DNA from: Nitrospirales bacterium | Lineage (GTDB): Bacteria; Nitrospirota; Nitrospiria; Nitrospirales; UBA8639 | Assembly (NCBI GenBank): GCA_965203295.1 | Contig: CBDBCZ010000013.1 | Location: forward strand, 256,001-320,000 | Direction: 5' to 3' | Length of the DNA: 64,000 nt | Shown: positions 13,901 to 28,900 of the stretch, one piece after another | Layout: each line of letters opens with the position of its first letter | Numbering within the stretch: position 1 is the stretch's first letter | Translations under genes and position numbers: made by a program | Notes under the pieces: model-generated | Told to the model about the DNA's origin: nothing | What the model saw: only the letters and a program-made list of their open reading frames with translations | Database searches by the model: none

Positions 13901-16900
13901 GGGAGTCGGAAAAACAGCTCTTGTGGGAATGCTTTCTCAACTCTGGAATCACTCTTGGCTGTCACAGTGGGACCTAAGCAAAAATCGCATTGTCGATTCA
14001 ATGAAAAGGAAATTAGGAGGTATACCTAAGTAGTATTTGTCATGTACACATTTTTGAGTATTGTTTTTTTTTTACAGATCCTTCGATGGACAATGTTGAA
14101 GAATCTGTGCGTGCAGTGTGTGTGGAAGCGGTTTATAACTTGAGTGCAGGAAATGATGTTTCAGAGGATGTGCTCGATACTATAGGACAGCTTCCGAGTT
14201 CTAGTCATATCCCATATTATTATACAGTCCTCAATAGTCACTTGGAGATGTTGAACGGAGACCCCATTCTCTCCATGCTGGATATTGAAAGTGTGACCCT
14301 TGCTGAGGCTTTCAATGCTATTACTGAAAAAAGTTGTTCATCCAAGGTAGAACTGCATGCTCTTCTATTGCTAAGTAGACAACGTTTAAGTGCTTACTTT
14401 GCTATTTATTTATTAGTTTCTTATCCCATTGTATTGCTTTGGAAGCAGTATATCAATTGTGGACCCATGCATGACCCTAGAACTAGGTGTTACAACACTT
14501 ATAGCTAGCACTTCAAAACACAATACTGCAGCTCCCAGGTCCTTAGATCTCTATTGAGCTTCTAGAGTCTACACATTCTCTCTTGCCACAGTCCACAGCA
14601 CATCTACTGACTATCCTTTTTAAAGCCAAGATGAAGACTGCCTTCCACAAACTCAATATTCATGCAGGTACTATTAGTATTGTTTAGTAATGATTTGGTC
14701 CTCCTGTCTTGAAGAACACTATCTTTTACAACCCTAGCAATACAGCCAAAGGATATAGAAGAATTTTTTGGGGGTGTATTTGCACAAGCTCAAGAGCTTC
14801 AGCAATCATACGATGCCTGTGATGAATCTAAGAAGCGAAGCTACAGAGTTCCATTTGTTACAGTAAGTTTTTAACACCATACTGCCAAGTGTATAAGTAT
14901 GAAAATATACAAAGTAATATTAGTACATAAGAGTAGATATGAGGGAGGAATCAAAAGTGACAATTACATAGAAAAGTGTATGTGGTCAATGGTGTAAGTG
15001 CTACGGTATAAGGAAATAATCATGTAAACTGTGTTTCCCATTAATTGTGTCCAGGCTATATTCTGTATTCATTGTATATGCACTGATTGTAATATGCGCA
15101 GGCATATTTGGATGAAATCAATACAGCATCATGCTTGGGACTGTTGAAAGAAATTATCATTGACAGAACAATTGAGGGAAAGGTATTAGATTATGGTAAT
15201 AATAGATTGAAATATGTAATCGATGATGATAATATAATTTCTCTTTCTTCTAAAGCCTATCCCCCAGAATGTATTCATCATAGCCTCTTGTAATCCACAC
15301 CGAGGTGATATTCTTGCAGCCATTGAGGATCAGGAGGCCTGGCTGAAAGGAACTTATTACGTCAGAAAACTCCACCCTACCCTCCAATTTCTCATGTGGG
15401 ACTATGGATCCTTGAATATGTACCAGGAACAGGAGTATATAATTGCAAAGCTTGAAATACTCAACCGAAGTAAATCTTCAGAAGAAGCAAGTTTGACTGA
15501 TCTTATAGTTCACAGTCAACAGACAATGCGTGAGTATGCTTACAATCAGCTTCTAGCTTTGCGAACTGTTAACTCACAAGTGGCAAAACTATGTGCAAGG
15601 AGTTCAGTTAGTCAGAGAGACATTCAAAGGGTTTTTACCTTTTATCAGTGGCTGATGAAGTTTTATTCCAAATTTGATCCCCATAAAGAACAACGTGAGA
15701 AGTACCATCGTCGTGCAATGATGGTATCTCTTGGCATAGTATACTACATGCGGCTTAATTCAAAATACCGAAAGGAATATCGGCAATATCTTGACGATTT
15801 TCCTCACTTATTCGGGGAAATTACCTTTTCTCAGGCGATTGAAGATGAACTGCAATGGTTCATTGAACATGTTGAACTTCCTCCTAATATAGCTAAAACT
15901 GAAGCTCTTAAGGAGAATGTTTTTGTTACTATTGCATGTGCAGTAACCCATACCCCTCTTATTATTGTGGGGGATCCTGGTTCCTCAAAGACCCTTTCAT
16001 TTAACATTGCAATTGCTAACCTCAAGGGAAAAGAATCCAGGATTGAAGAGTTTCAAGATACAGATATCTTTCAGTCACTTGACCCTCATTTTTATCAATG
16101 TTCCAGGCGAACAACTTCAAACGAAGTAGCCAAAGTATTCATAAGAGCAATCAATCGACAACAGAGTCTTGCAAAGATTCCGCTACCAATATCCTGTGTG
16201 GTATTCATGGACGAAGCTGGCCTACCAGAGGAAAAACTTGAATCCCTCAAAGTTTTGCACTATTACCTAGATAAACAAGAGGTTTCTTTTGTAGCCATTA
16301 GCAATCACGTCCTTGATGCTGCTAAGACTAACCGAGCAGTCAGTCTCTTTAGACCAAAGGCTAGAGAGGAAGAACTTCGTGAGCTTGCAAGAGAGAACAT
16401 AGTTCCAGCTGGGCAACCACAGTCAGAACTTCATACTGAACAAGTTCGCAGTTTTTGTCGTTCATATAAAACTGTAGTGAGTGACAGCAGGTTCCAAAGC
16501 CTTTTTGGTTTACGAGATTTTATTCACTTTGTGACATATTTGCGTTGCAAACGGAAGGAGCTCTTGAGTCACCAGCTTGTGCTTGAAGCTCTGGAAAGAA
16601 ACTTCAATGGAACAAATGAATTCAAAGAGTTGTGTCACATTTTTAAGGTATAGATTTGTTTTACTTCCATAGTATAGTAATGGATTATGTTAATTTGTGT
16701 GGTGTTCAATATCTCTTTAGATACCTATCGGGGAACTCCATGCCAGGAGTGTCCTTGACATTCTCAAGGACAGTCTGGCGGATCATAGCAGCACAAGAGG
16801 AGATGATATTCATAACAGTATTCAGAGTGAAGTCCGATACAAGCTCATTATTGACCCAAGTGAAGACGATTCTCTGGTGCGGCTTTTGTTTACACATGAA

Positions 16901-19900
16901 GTCTTGCAGAGGAAAGCTACACGGCTGTATATTTGCAGTGACTTTCCTGGAGATGAACAGTTAAGGGTAAGTGGAATATCCTATTTTTAAAGGTGTTGTT
17001 AAAAAGTAATCTACTTTTTGATTTGATTTATCACAGGTAAATACCATTGCCCAGATCAGGCACTCAGTTGCAGCAGGTCACACCATTTTGATGTGCCAAA
17101 CTGATGAAATACATGAATGCTTTTATGACCTCTTCAATCAGAGATTTCGTAGCATTGATGACCCAGAACGTGGCACTAGCTACTACACAAATATTGCAAT
17201 TGGTGCTCATTCCAAGCCATGCCGAGTACACCCTGACTTTCAGTGTGTGATTGTTATTAAGGAATCAGAAGTCCAGAACACTCCTGCCCCATTTCTCAAT
17301 CGCTTTGAAAAGTATTATCTCACACACAAGAGTTTGTTGCAAAACGCTCTCTGCAAAATGCCCCCTTGCCTCAGAATAATGATAGAAGCAGCATATAGCA
17401 AGGTCAGTTCGTGATTGTTTTAGCTGCATGTAAAAACATAATGTCGTAGTTTTTCTATGCAGGCTGCTGAATTTGTATCCTGTGTGAAACGATCCTCACT
17501 GTATGGATATACAAACGAAACTCTGGATTCATTGTTGCTCACGATGCTACCTGTCAACCATGAATATAAATCCTTGCTGGAGTTACAAGGCAATTTAAGT
17601 GATCCTATTGATCAATCTGATGCAAAAATGATTCTATTGAAAGTTTTACTAGAGATGCTTCGGCAGAATTGTGGTTTTCATCTCCCCTTGGTAAGTGTTA
17701 GCCAAAGTGTATTTCTGAATATTTGTGACAGCTTTCCTTTCACACTTTCCTTGTAGTGTTCAGAAGAGGAACTGACAATTGATGTGGGCCATGTATATGA
17801 AATAGTTTTGAAAGATCCAGAGTTTACTGGAGTTATAGCAAAAATAGAACAGCATTCCACACATGTACCTGCATTGGTAGATGAAGCTCTTCTTGTGCTT
17901 CACCGTGGTCCCGAGCCCACTGACAAAGACACACCTTTTGACATCTACACTGATGCACTAATGGTAATTGCAGTCCTGATGCAGTGGCTTGTGGGCTACC
18001 TCTGCACACATCTGATGCAGCTGATGACCCCTGAAGCACTAGCAGTTCACTGTAGTAGTATTCCAAATGCCTACATTCAGAAGTATCTCAAGGCCCAGCA
18101 GCATTTCAGTCTTATCGATCTGGTGGACAATCAACTTGTGCAACTGAAGAGGAATGGCTGGTTAGTTCATGATAATTATTACATGAATTATGTACCTAAT
18201 GCAACCTTTGCTCTTTGAGTAAAAAAGATTACCATGCAGCTTTAGAACTTACAATGAACCCAAAAGAATTTGGGTGGTGTTTAGCTGTGGTAACACTCTA
18301 GTTTTGTAGCTTATTAGAGTTTATTCTATACTGCGAACTACCGTATAGCGGGAAATTTTCGCCAGGGAAAAATTTCGCCAAATCCAGATGTGTAGTATTG
18401 CGGGGAAATTTCGCCAGATTTATTTTCGCGCACATGCGATTGGGCGAAATTAAATTCCGCGGCATTATTAATAATTATTCCTTCAAACGCGGCAGTTTAG
18501 CAGTCTCGAGCAGCTTGGAAAAGTGTCTTGCTGCCGCAGAATCTCCGTTCTCACTAGCGATTTGGACTTCAGTTCATTACTTAGTTTCATGCAAGGCCCT
18601 CTCTTCGCCTTTGTCGCCCCTTCTTGGTGCCGAGCATTGGTAACGGCTACGTTCGCTTCCTTAATCGCCGACGATGGCAACGAAGATGACAGCGCCCCCA
18701 CTGGATCAGGGATCTGTCCACGTGGCAGAACCTGCAAATAACGCAGCAGAGCCATACAGGTAGTCGATGGTAAGCTTCACTTTCGCAGCTACCGTTGACT
18801 ATGTGTAAAAATTTCACCGGTCAAAATTTTTACCCGACAAAATTTTCACCGGTTAAATTTTCGCCGCTTGAACCGACTGGCGAAATTGGCGAAAATTTAC
18901 CCCTGGCGAAAATTTCCCGCTATACGGTATTCCGTTCTCACTATTATCTTGCAACTTTTTTGAAAGGTTTCTACCCTCACAGTTTGCATTTAAAGCTCGA
19001 AGGTCAACTACTGAAATATGTATACTGTAGATTAGTTAAAGTCATTGCTGTGTCAGTGGTCGTGTAACTGGTAGGGTTATCCTTGTTACTTTGGAGTACA
19101 GAGGAATATAGACTACTGTAATACGAGCCATCGCAGTTCTCTCTAGTGGAGGAACATCTTATAGACCTGGCAATTTACTACTGCACTTCTGACTACTCTA
19201 CTCACTACAGGAACAGCTCAGTGTGTCCAACAAAACTCCTCTGCTTTACCCGTTCATCTCCTTTTATTCATCAGCTTCCATCGGAGTATCCCAGTGCTTT
19301 AATAACTGAATCAGTTACTGAGCATCATCAATCTCTGAAGAAGTACATATTTTCTGATCTGGAGCACTTGATGCTGTGCAAAGTTTCCCTAGGACATTCG
19401 CAACCCAAGCTTGAAAAGCTCCTAAACAGATTCGTCAATTCTGACTGCGAAGTGCTGCTACTGATTGCAAACATGCAAGAGATTACAAAAAAGATGATCA
19501 ACCATCTCCGCATTATGATTGAAGAAGCAGAGAACAAGAGATCGAACACAAACAAACTATTTGTGCTTCTACTGCACTTCCCCCCAGTGATGTTCTTTAA
19601 CTCTTGCTACACTTCCCTGTTCTTACAAGGATGGGGGCATCATTACCTTGACACAGTGGCATGCGGTACCCTCACCACCGAAGGTGTAAAAGCTGTGGTA
19701 AACGTCAAGGAATGGTTTTACTACTCATGTTTTCCACATTCTTCTCCCAATTCTTCTGATGATGATCACATGGTTGCTGCTCTTGAAGAGCTTCTTGCAG
19801 AGGCAGTGCCGATAATCGCATCCAGAGTGTCATTTATCATTGTTCAGAATGGAACCACGAGTGTAATGGATGCTTCCCAAAGAACGCAACGTCTTAAAAG

Positions 19901-22900
19901 ATTTTTACTCCAGAAAAAGTTGGGTAAATTTCTTGTCGCGAAATTTCGCTCCTACTGGACCCCTACAGTAATGGTAGAACATATACAAAAAGTGCCTAAG
20001 TTGATGTATGCACAAGAATCCACACTAAACATTACAGATTCCATTCAAAGCATCATTAGATCAAAGTTCTTTGATTTCCTAGTGTATGTATTTGCTAGGA
20101 CAAACCAACAACTCTATCTGAGCATCATTCTTGACCAAGATTGCCCTCCTGCTATGGAAGAGCTGTTTTTAGAACTCATGCCAACAATTGGAGTTCCAGA
20201 CCTAACACAATTAAAGGTCTTATGTACCGCCCTTAGGCCTGACTATCATCCAAATAAAGTTGATTACAGTCCCAGATTTCCTTTTTTTGTTTATATATAC
20301 AATACTGTGGAAAAGGCAATCGATGAAAGCAGAGAGGAAGTGAGCCAGAGGTTAAATAGTTTGGACAGCTTTGAATATGGAGTCGAGGCAAGCAGTGTCA
20401 CTGCCTCCATCTGCTTGACACAAATGACAGAAAAGCAGCAAAAGGAGAAAATTTACAATGAAGTTGTATTGTCAAGACTGCATTCACTTGAGCATGTAAG
20501 TTTAGTACAATCTAGGCCTAATCACTCACCAAGTATAAAGTACAATAAATAAAAAGAGCTGTGGAGTTGTCACTCAAAGATCACAATGTATAAGCGTTAC
20601 CCCTCCGTAACCCCTCCTTCGTGCTAATTATCTCTTTTATTTACATACATCTCCTTTTCCCAAAAATCTCAATAATTGGGTAGTAGGCAGTCAACCTGTC
20701 TGTTTGATTGCATGCACATTTGTACTTCTTACAGAACAAGAAGGCCTGTCTGGATGTAGCTGTTCAATGCATGAATAGGGACACTGCAGCACCGGAAATA
20801 ATATGGAGCTCTTACTTTGAAGACTTTGCCCATTATAAGCTTCACTTGGAATTAAACCCGCAGACGAATCGTATTCTCGAAGTCTACATTGGGTCAATTG
20901 ATGAAATGGATTCACTCACTCGTTTAGTGTCACTCCATGTTCGCCTAGAAGTTGGTCAGTTGGATCTTGGGAAGCTCTCTAGAATATTGAGACCATTTTC
21001 TAGAGTGCTACAAGAAATGCAAACATTATCAGCAGATGCAGTGCGTCCATCAATCACTTCAATGGTGGACATTGAATCAGTCATTGAAAGGCCAACCTTA
21101 GGAGCATTCACAGTAAATATCTTGTTCACCACCATATCTTCACTACAAGAAGGTGATGATGACAAGATCTGCCAGTGGCACAGGAGCTACAATGATATTG
21201 TAAGAACCTATATCGTATAAGCTATGTGTTATATTTTTAGTACTGCTGATGTCTCTATATCATGCAGATGACAATGCCATCATTGGAAGGTGATATACTA
21301 AGCAACCTTAAGCCAGAAGCAGAAACCAAACTGAACATCATGCATGCCACCTACCTCGTGATGCAGAATTGTTTCGACTCAAAACTGGCATCACAACGAG
21401 GTTGTCAGTTCTTTAAACAACTACACTCAAAGTACTTCGGAGTTTTAAAGGTAAGAGCATCATTAACGTTCTGCGTACTGGAAAATACTATATTCAATAT
21501 CATAACTACAGGATACACCTGCTATTCCACGTTTGTGTGAAATACTGCATACAGGTCTGGGGACGTTGGAATCTCTTTCACCGGAGCAAGGCAGTAGAAG
21601 CTTCTGTCTACAATCCCTTATTGAAGGATTATTTGCATTCTTCTTCTCAAAACACCGGGTTACACTAGCTGAGGAAGATTGTCAATACTTCCTAGAATTT
21701 GCTAATCGTTTTTGCCAAGTCCCTGCTTGCCATGTTTCTGACCAGTTCCAGGACCAGTCCAGTCCTCTGTTCAACAGTACATCCATTAATGTATTCAAGT
21801 TATATCTATCAAGAATTCTAGGAGAATCAAGTCCACAGGTAATTATTACTATAGTATGAAAGTACATATCACTTCGTATGTTTTATGTAATCACTGCTGA
21901 TGTTTGATATGTACAGAAACAGTCAGAGCTCTTACTTCACGATCCCCAGGTCAGTTTGATGCCTCATTGATTTCTAGCACAATGGAAATCTAGTCTCAGA
22001 CTATGTTCATTTCATTTCAGAGACGTAGAATGGTGGGTAATGTGCTTGTGGCAAGTCCAGATCTTACTTCCCTTGGACCATACACCCCCACATTTTACCA
22101 GCATGGAGAAAGAGTAAGTCAGGAGTGGGGTAATGATGGGATTGTATATGTATCATTCTTCTGTAATTTTCTTCCACAGAATTCTCTAGTGCACCAGCCC
22201 TTGGCTCATATCTACTTCTTGACAGTATTAGAGCATCTACAGATGAAAGGCCACCGTCCTAATCACCTATGTAGACTTGCAGAAAATATTACCAAGGCAA
22301 GTAGATATTTACGTTGAAATCCTGTTAATGTTATATGAAGTCTGTAAAAAATCATGCAATGCAATGGCTGCATCAGCTCAAGTGAAAAAAGATTTGGTTA
22401 TCTAGTAACGGAAATATAGCAGTGGTACTTGTGCCCATCAATTAGCTCTACTGTGCCAAGTAATATCTGTTTATGACTTCAAGGCGTGTCTCTGTCACCC
22501 TTTTCTCACTATTGTGCTTTCTCGCCCATTGGCTAAAGGCCACCTAGAGCCAGGAATCTCTCTAATTCAGTACCTCTACAGAAGTGCACCCTATTGCCAC
22601 CTGGTTTTCCTTGGTCTTTGCTAATCTACTCTCTTGTTGGTACTCCCTGTCTCTTTGGCACCAGATCTCTCACTCTCTGTGGTTTTTAGTACCTCTCTCT
22701 GTCTTTATACTCCTTATAACGTTGGAACCTAGCCTTCCCTTCTGCTAAAGTTCTCCCTCTCATGCTGTTGATTAGCCATCACTGTCATGGTTTACTTTAT
22801 TCTAACAACATCTAGCAAGTTTGTAGCATAAATGCATGCTGGATGAGAGCTGTATGGACAGAAGCAAGTCCCCCCAAATCTGCTAGAGTAGGGATCACTT

Positions 22901-25900
22901 ACTAACCCCAATTATGATTTTAGTTCGTATTTTTACAAGAGTTACAACAGCTTAAAAGTGTTATTCATATATATAGTCAATCCATGTAAGGGATCTTCAT
23001 ATAATATTATAGGCAAAACCTATGGAGCACTCTATGTTACGTTCAATACCAGTTACTACACTACCTATGCCATAAATATAATATTCAAGGAACACTAGTA
23101 TAATGATGCACTGATTGCTCTATGCAGCGCCTGCAAGAAATGTCTACAGATCGGACAGCTGAAAAGGTACTGTGTTTTATTGAGAAACAAGCAGTTATTC
23201 AAGTTCTCATTCAGCAAGTGGCAGCACTGTTTGATCCCAAAGATCCCAAGAAAATACAGAATGTGAGTTTACTAACAAACATACTGCAAGTTTCAAAACA
23301 TGTACTGCTGATATATTTCCTGAAAAGTTGTTTGTTTGGTGATCGGCGACAACTCTGCCAAATTTACCAAATGAACTTTGACAATGTTTGGTTATGATGT
23401 CACACCTTGTAATGCTTCAAACTAACGAAAAAACGGCTATTTTCAGAGAGAAACCGTACGTACAAGGTACTTCCAGCCCTCCTTGAGGCAAGTCCACTGA
23501 AAAGCATACACCTAGCTTCGGAAACAGTGCATTGAAACTTGGACAGTAAGCCTTCGATAATTTTTTCAAAAATATGCCTGACAAAAGTGTTCCTTTGAGT
23601 AAAGTACCGCTGCCTAGGGATCCTCGACGCTACCATTCTATGTTACCACTCTTTATCATCTTCTACTGCAGTACTTCCCCCAATGATGGAGTCCTTGTAG
23701 TCTTGTCTATGGCAGACTGTGCTCAAATTTGATGCAGATCTGTCTGAGCGAATGCATGGATAACATAATAAAAATTGTGCTTCAAAATTGCATATCACCA
23801 AGCTATTTTGCCAAATGTAGTTCCCACCAAATTTTTCGACTATACGATAGGTTGTTATTGATAGTCACTAAGCTAATAGTTAATTGCATATAGTATATTG
23901 TCTTTCTATAATTACTTGCAATACCAAACGATAATATAATTCACAGCCAAGTCAATAAATGCCAATGATGTGGTCATTCACAGATTTGTAACGATTTTAG
24001 AGCCACAGAGCTGCTCAGTAGTCTATCAGTATTCTGTCTATTCCGCTAGTAAACATATTTGATTGTTACAGATTCTAGCCAATCAGATCACTATTACAGC
24101 AGTTCACTGTTACACTTTTTCACCAGTAGCAATAAGAAAAGTGTAATAGTGATGTGATTGACAAATAACTTTGAGATATCGAATATGTTGTGACAGTTAT
24201 TATTTCACTTTAGTATACAGCCAGTGAAAGTGGTGATTGTGTGCATAGATGTAGACTAACATAATTATCTTGTCATTTTTATGTTGTTGATAACCATTAA
24301 TTGTGGTAATCACGCCAGTTTTACTGATGTTCGTAATGTTGCTTCATTTCTCCAGCTGTTTTCTTCTAGTTTGATTCTTAAAGTTAATCCACTACTAAAC
24401 GATGAGTCTTTCGGTGGGAGCAGTAGCACTGTTAGTGGACATGGTCTGGTGCTAGCCTTACACCTTCAAAGACAGCTGAAGAGCTCCAAGAAGCTGATTG
24501 AGATGTTTATTGAAGAGGAAGATGTACCCGAGGGTACATCTAAGTCATCATCAGTTAGAACCATTGAGTGTACAAGAGGTTTACAATCACTTGTTAAGGT
24601 TAGCTCAAACGCATAACTTTGTTTAACGGTCTGTTTTGATGTGAAGGTCTGACATTCTTTGCAGAAGCAACTAAAGTCTAGAGCTCACCTGCTCCCATTT
24701 ATTGATGCTCAAGAGCCGACCAGCGAAATAGGTCGCCTCTACCAGCAAATTTTCCAAGTGATGTATAAAATCCGTAATAGTGAAGACAGTCAATTACAGA
24801 GCTCCGCTCAGGATCTAACTAAACTTGCACAAGACAGGTATGATCACTTTAAATGACTTAACGGTCTCATTATTTTGGTTATTTATTTATTAATTTACTT
24901 TACCTGCTGCAGTGGTCACAAAATGAAATTCGCTACAGTATCTGGCCATGAAATTGATATCAGCAGAAGGAATGCTTTCAGGATGTTGATCTGGCTTTGT
25001 GCATACTACAAATTCTTTCTCATCAAAGAGGTTATACACTTTCGTACTTGTGTCTGTTGCTTGTTCATCATTGTGTGATATTCCTTTAATCTTTCAGAAC
25101 CACTCTCAGAAGCTGGCCGATGAAATTTACAACAGTCTGAGAGGAACTCTTGAGCCTGAGTTCATTGGCCTACTACAGAGCTTCATCTGCCCCAAGAACA
25201 ACATGATCATAGCACCAGAATCCCCTCCGAATATGGATGAAAATGCTACAAAGTTTGAGCTTACTGATAGCCTACAAGTTTTGCCATTACAGACAGGAGG
25301 GAAAAAGAAGGATCCAATATTTGAGCTCTTTAACCCACCAGCGAACTCTAAGCAAGGTATATCTATACAGCCCTTGTAGCTTTGAAGTCAAACCTCATTA
25401 TGAAACTCTGTTTCAGATCCATCTGATGTTGAGCTGTGCCATGCAGTGGTTAATATGGTGGCTGTTGTGCTTGCTTGTGAACCCCGTTCCAACCACTTAT
25501 GGTATCACATGTTTGCTGCAGATGAACTTCTTGGCTCGTACATGACTGGATTCATGGTCAGAAATCCTTGACATGAACTGTTGTTACTGACATACAATCG
25601 ATTACCTATATTTCAGTCATTTTGATTACTACTAATTATATCCAAAGTACTCACTATGAGCAAGACTATCATACATTATGTATTTACATTCATGCCCTAA
25701 CACTCTTTCATTCTTCTTGCAAATTTTTGTTACACCTTACAGTATGAAGGTAAAATTACTGAGGGACGTCTGTATGATTGTGGAGTGGAATTGTCTACTG
25801 ATGGCACATACGGTAGACCAGATTATCTACCTCATGCTACCCGAGGCACCCTCAGTCTCCACTCCCTCTATTTCATCCTGTGGGCCAACTTTGGCAGCTT

Positions 25901-28900
25901 TTGCATGGCCTTACTGACACAGCCGGATGCCCAGCAAAGAATTAGTGGCCCTGTGATCTCAAAATGGCAAGCTATTCGCCACTATTGTGTCGTGCAACTT
26001 CGCAGTGTGTGGCTACACATGGGCAACAAGCTGAAAATTTCACCTGAAGAGCAGTCCTTCCTAACATTGCGATGCATGCACAATCTCCTTGAGGTAAGAC
26101 TGTAATGTATATAGGTTTAATTACATTTCAATTACATTTGAAACCTTTTTTCTTCCCAATGGAATGAATATAACATAATGAACAATCATTTCCTTATTTC
26201 AGATTTGTATCAGGCATCCTCAGCGTCGTAGTGTATTTAGTGAGCTTTCAGAACTGGACAATTATGAAATGATGTGGCATGCTGACATTTTCACTCCTGG
26301 CTACGCTGATATCCACACAAAGGTATTTTGTGTAGCTACATTACTTTTATGATAAATATAAACTTATTTATTGCATTTTGTAATAGTTCGCTGAGCACTG
26401 TCAACTCTGGGAAAATAACGCCTTGCTGAAGGAAATGAGGTACGTACGATGAATCTTTGTTTTTGAAATAGCATGACCTCTATTCAGTAATTCAATTATG
26501 TCCACGTAGCGAACTAGAGGTTCACTACCCCCACTTCCCCACACTGGATGAGTGTTTTCAAACCATGCTATCATCGGCAAATATCAGTGATACAAAAAAT
26601 CAGCTATTTGTTCTTTCAAAGTTTGCTCTGGAGTATCCCCGCTTGGAGGCTGCAGGGGCCCTGCTGCCAGAGCTGTTGGAGTTCTACCGATGGATTCATA
26701 TTGAACTGGCATATCGTGTGACTTTTAAGTATGCAGAAAACCATACCATCCAGGATGTAATTGAAAAGGCAGATGACGAATACAAAAGGCGTGATATGAA
26801 AGAAACGAAAGGATTTGAGCTCCCACAACTGTATGAGAAAGTGAAAGGTAATTTTTATTCCTTTAAATATAATGTTACTTCCATGTGCTTACTGTTAATC
26901 ATTCCACTATTGAATCAGCTGGCTACAACCGGTATGTGGAGGTGGTTGGTAGCTCTATTGGTGCTGGTGCCTGTGCAAACATCAAAAGGGAAGGTAGATT
27001 GTATTGCATCAAAGATGATACAAAATTCCTTCACTTTCTCTCGGATACTGAGAATGAAGGTGAAGGTAATGGTGACTGGCTATACATCGTCATCAATGAT
27101 ATGGTATGTTACACATTGCTGTATACATGCTATCATACTAGTGTAATAGTTAACCATATTGATGTTCTCTCATCCCTAACTTGGCCTAGATTACCTTCCA
27201 CAATAGCTTTCTTCAGAGCATTTTCGATGCAGTTACATCTCCTAATGGAACTTACTTGAGGCCGTACTTTCCCGAAAATCTGGACAGTCGCATTTATCCA
27301 AATGAAATAAATGAGCAAAACATGATCATAGGGCAAGTGCAAAGGTGAGTAGTGGCTATACTGCACATCTTCCTCAGCTATAGCTAATACTTTGTATGAT
27401 ATTACCCTGCTAGAACCCATGGTATAGAGGAGCAGCTGCAGCTGGTTCGTAGCCGACACCTGCAAACGATTGATGGACAGACTCAGGATCCAAAACTGTT
27501 GTTTGACCTACCGAGATTGCAGAAAGATATTATCAGAGCCTACCTGGCTGGGAAGCCTCAGATTGAACATTCCCCTGAACATGTTCGAATACCGTTTAAA
27601 TTCAGAGCAGAAGCATCCCAAACCGTATCGTTGGGTGGAGCTGACCTCGACCTTTCTGTAATTTCAGATTATATCACACCAGAATCTGGATTTAGAGTAA
27701 GAAACACAATTATGTTATTGCATAGTAGTATATTGAAGTGCACAAGAGTACAATAGATGTGTGGACTTTCTTTCCTTCTAGGTCATGCTTGACAGAGAAC
27801 ACATTAAAGCTTTTGAGTGTGAATTTCACTCAGCTGACTACAATAGACTGGTTGAGGTAGTGACAGGCTTGAGGAATGCAACTGAGCACCTGATCAAGGT
27901 ACACACTGCACCTCACTGCAATGTGTAGCTATCTATAGGGGTAAGTGATATATGATACTGTTCCACCTTTTTAGAGTATCAATCTTGAAGATGAACACAT
28001 CAGTATGGAACAACTCAAACAGATTAAATTGCCTGACTATTTGCTTCATGTTTTCAACTGCAAGCAATCAAAGAGAGAAGAAATTATAGAGGAGATTGGA
28101 ATAAAGAGGTCAGCTCAGATCTAAATGTGTACATGTACACACTTTTATTACTTTCTGCGTATTTTCTTCGTAGCCTCTCCCAAACCCAGCTCTCCTGCAT
28201 AGTCTCATTGGAGCTCCCCTATCTCTACTGCACTCTTGAGCTGTTTGTTCAGTGGATAAATGAAGGAGTGTATGACTTCCATGATCTGCCTTTGCGCATG
28301 AAGAAACACTTGGAACCTGCAGATGAAGAAACTTTAGACAAATTACCGGCAGAGTACACAGGTACATAACCAAAACATTCTTGTATGGTTAAGAAATTAA
28401 TTCTGGCCGTTGCTACGCAGATCCTAATGTGCTACTTCAAGATCTTCAATCCCTCACTGATGTTTTGGTGCACTCACAGTCAGACTTGAGGAAACACATT
28501 GATGAGAATTTGAAGGTAGATCATAATCTGGTACATGCTGTGTGTGCACATGTGACTATACTAGCTGCTTGCTTATTGCCTTAGAAACCAATCATCATTT
28601 ACTTGAGGGAACTGTCTTTGTTTGGTGAAGAACAGTTGGCCAAGTTGATTCCAGAGTCAGTCCTTTGCCAGCACTATGTAGCACTTCGAATAACTCTCAG
28701 AAGGTATACGGTGCAGTCTGTGAATGTGTGTAGGATGCAGTCTAGGTATGTGTATGGTGCAGTCTACACTACAGTAGTTGTTTACTTTTCCGCCATGCAG
28801 ACAAGTTTCTCAAGTGCAGAGTTTGATATCTGCCAGGATTAATGAGGGTGTACAAGCTGTGAAATGGGTGGAGTTTGTCCAGGACCTGTGGACTGAAGAG

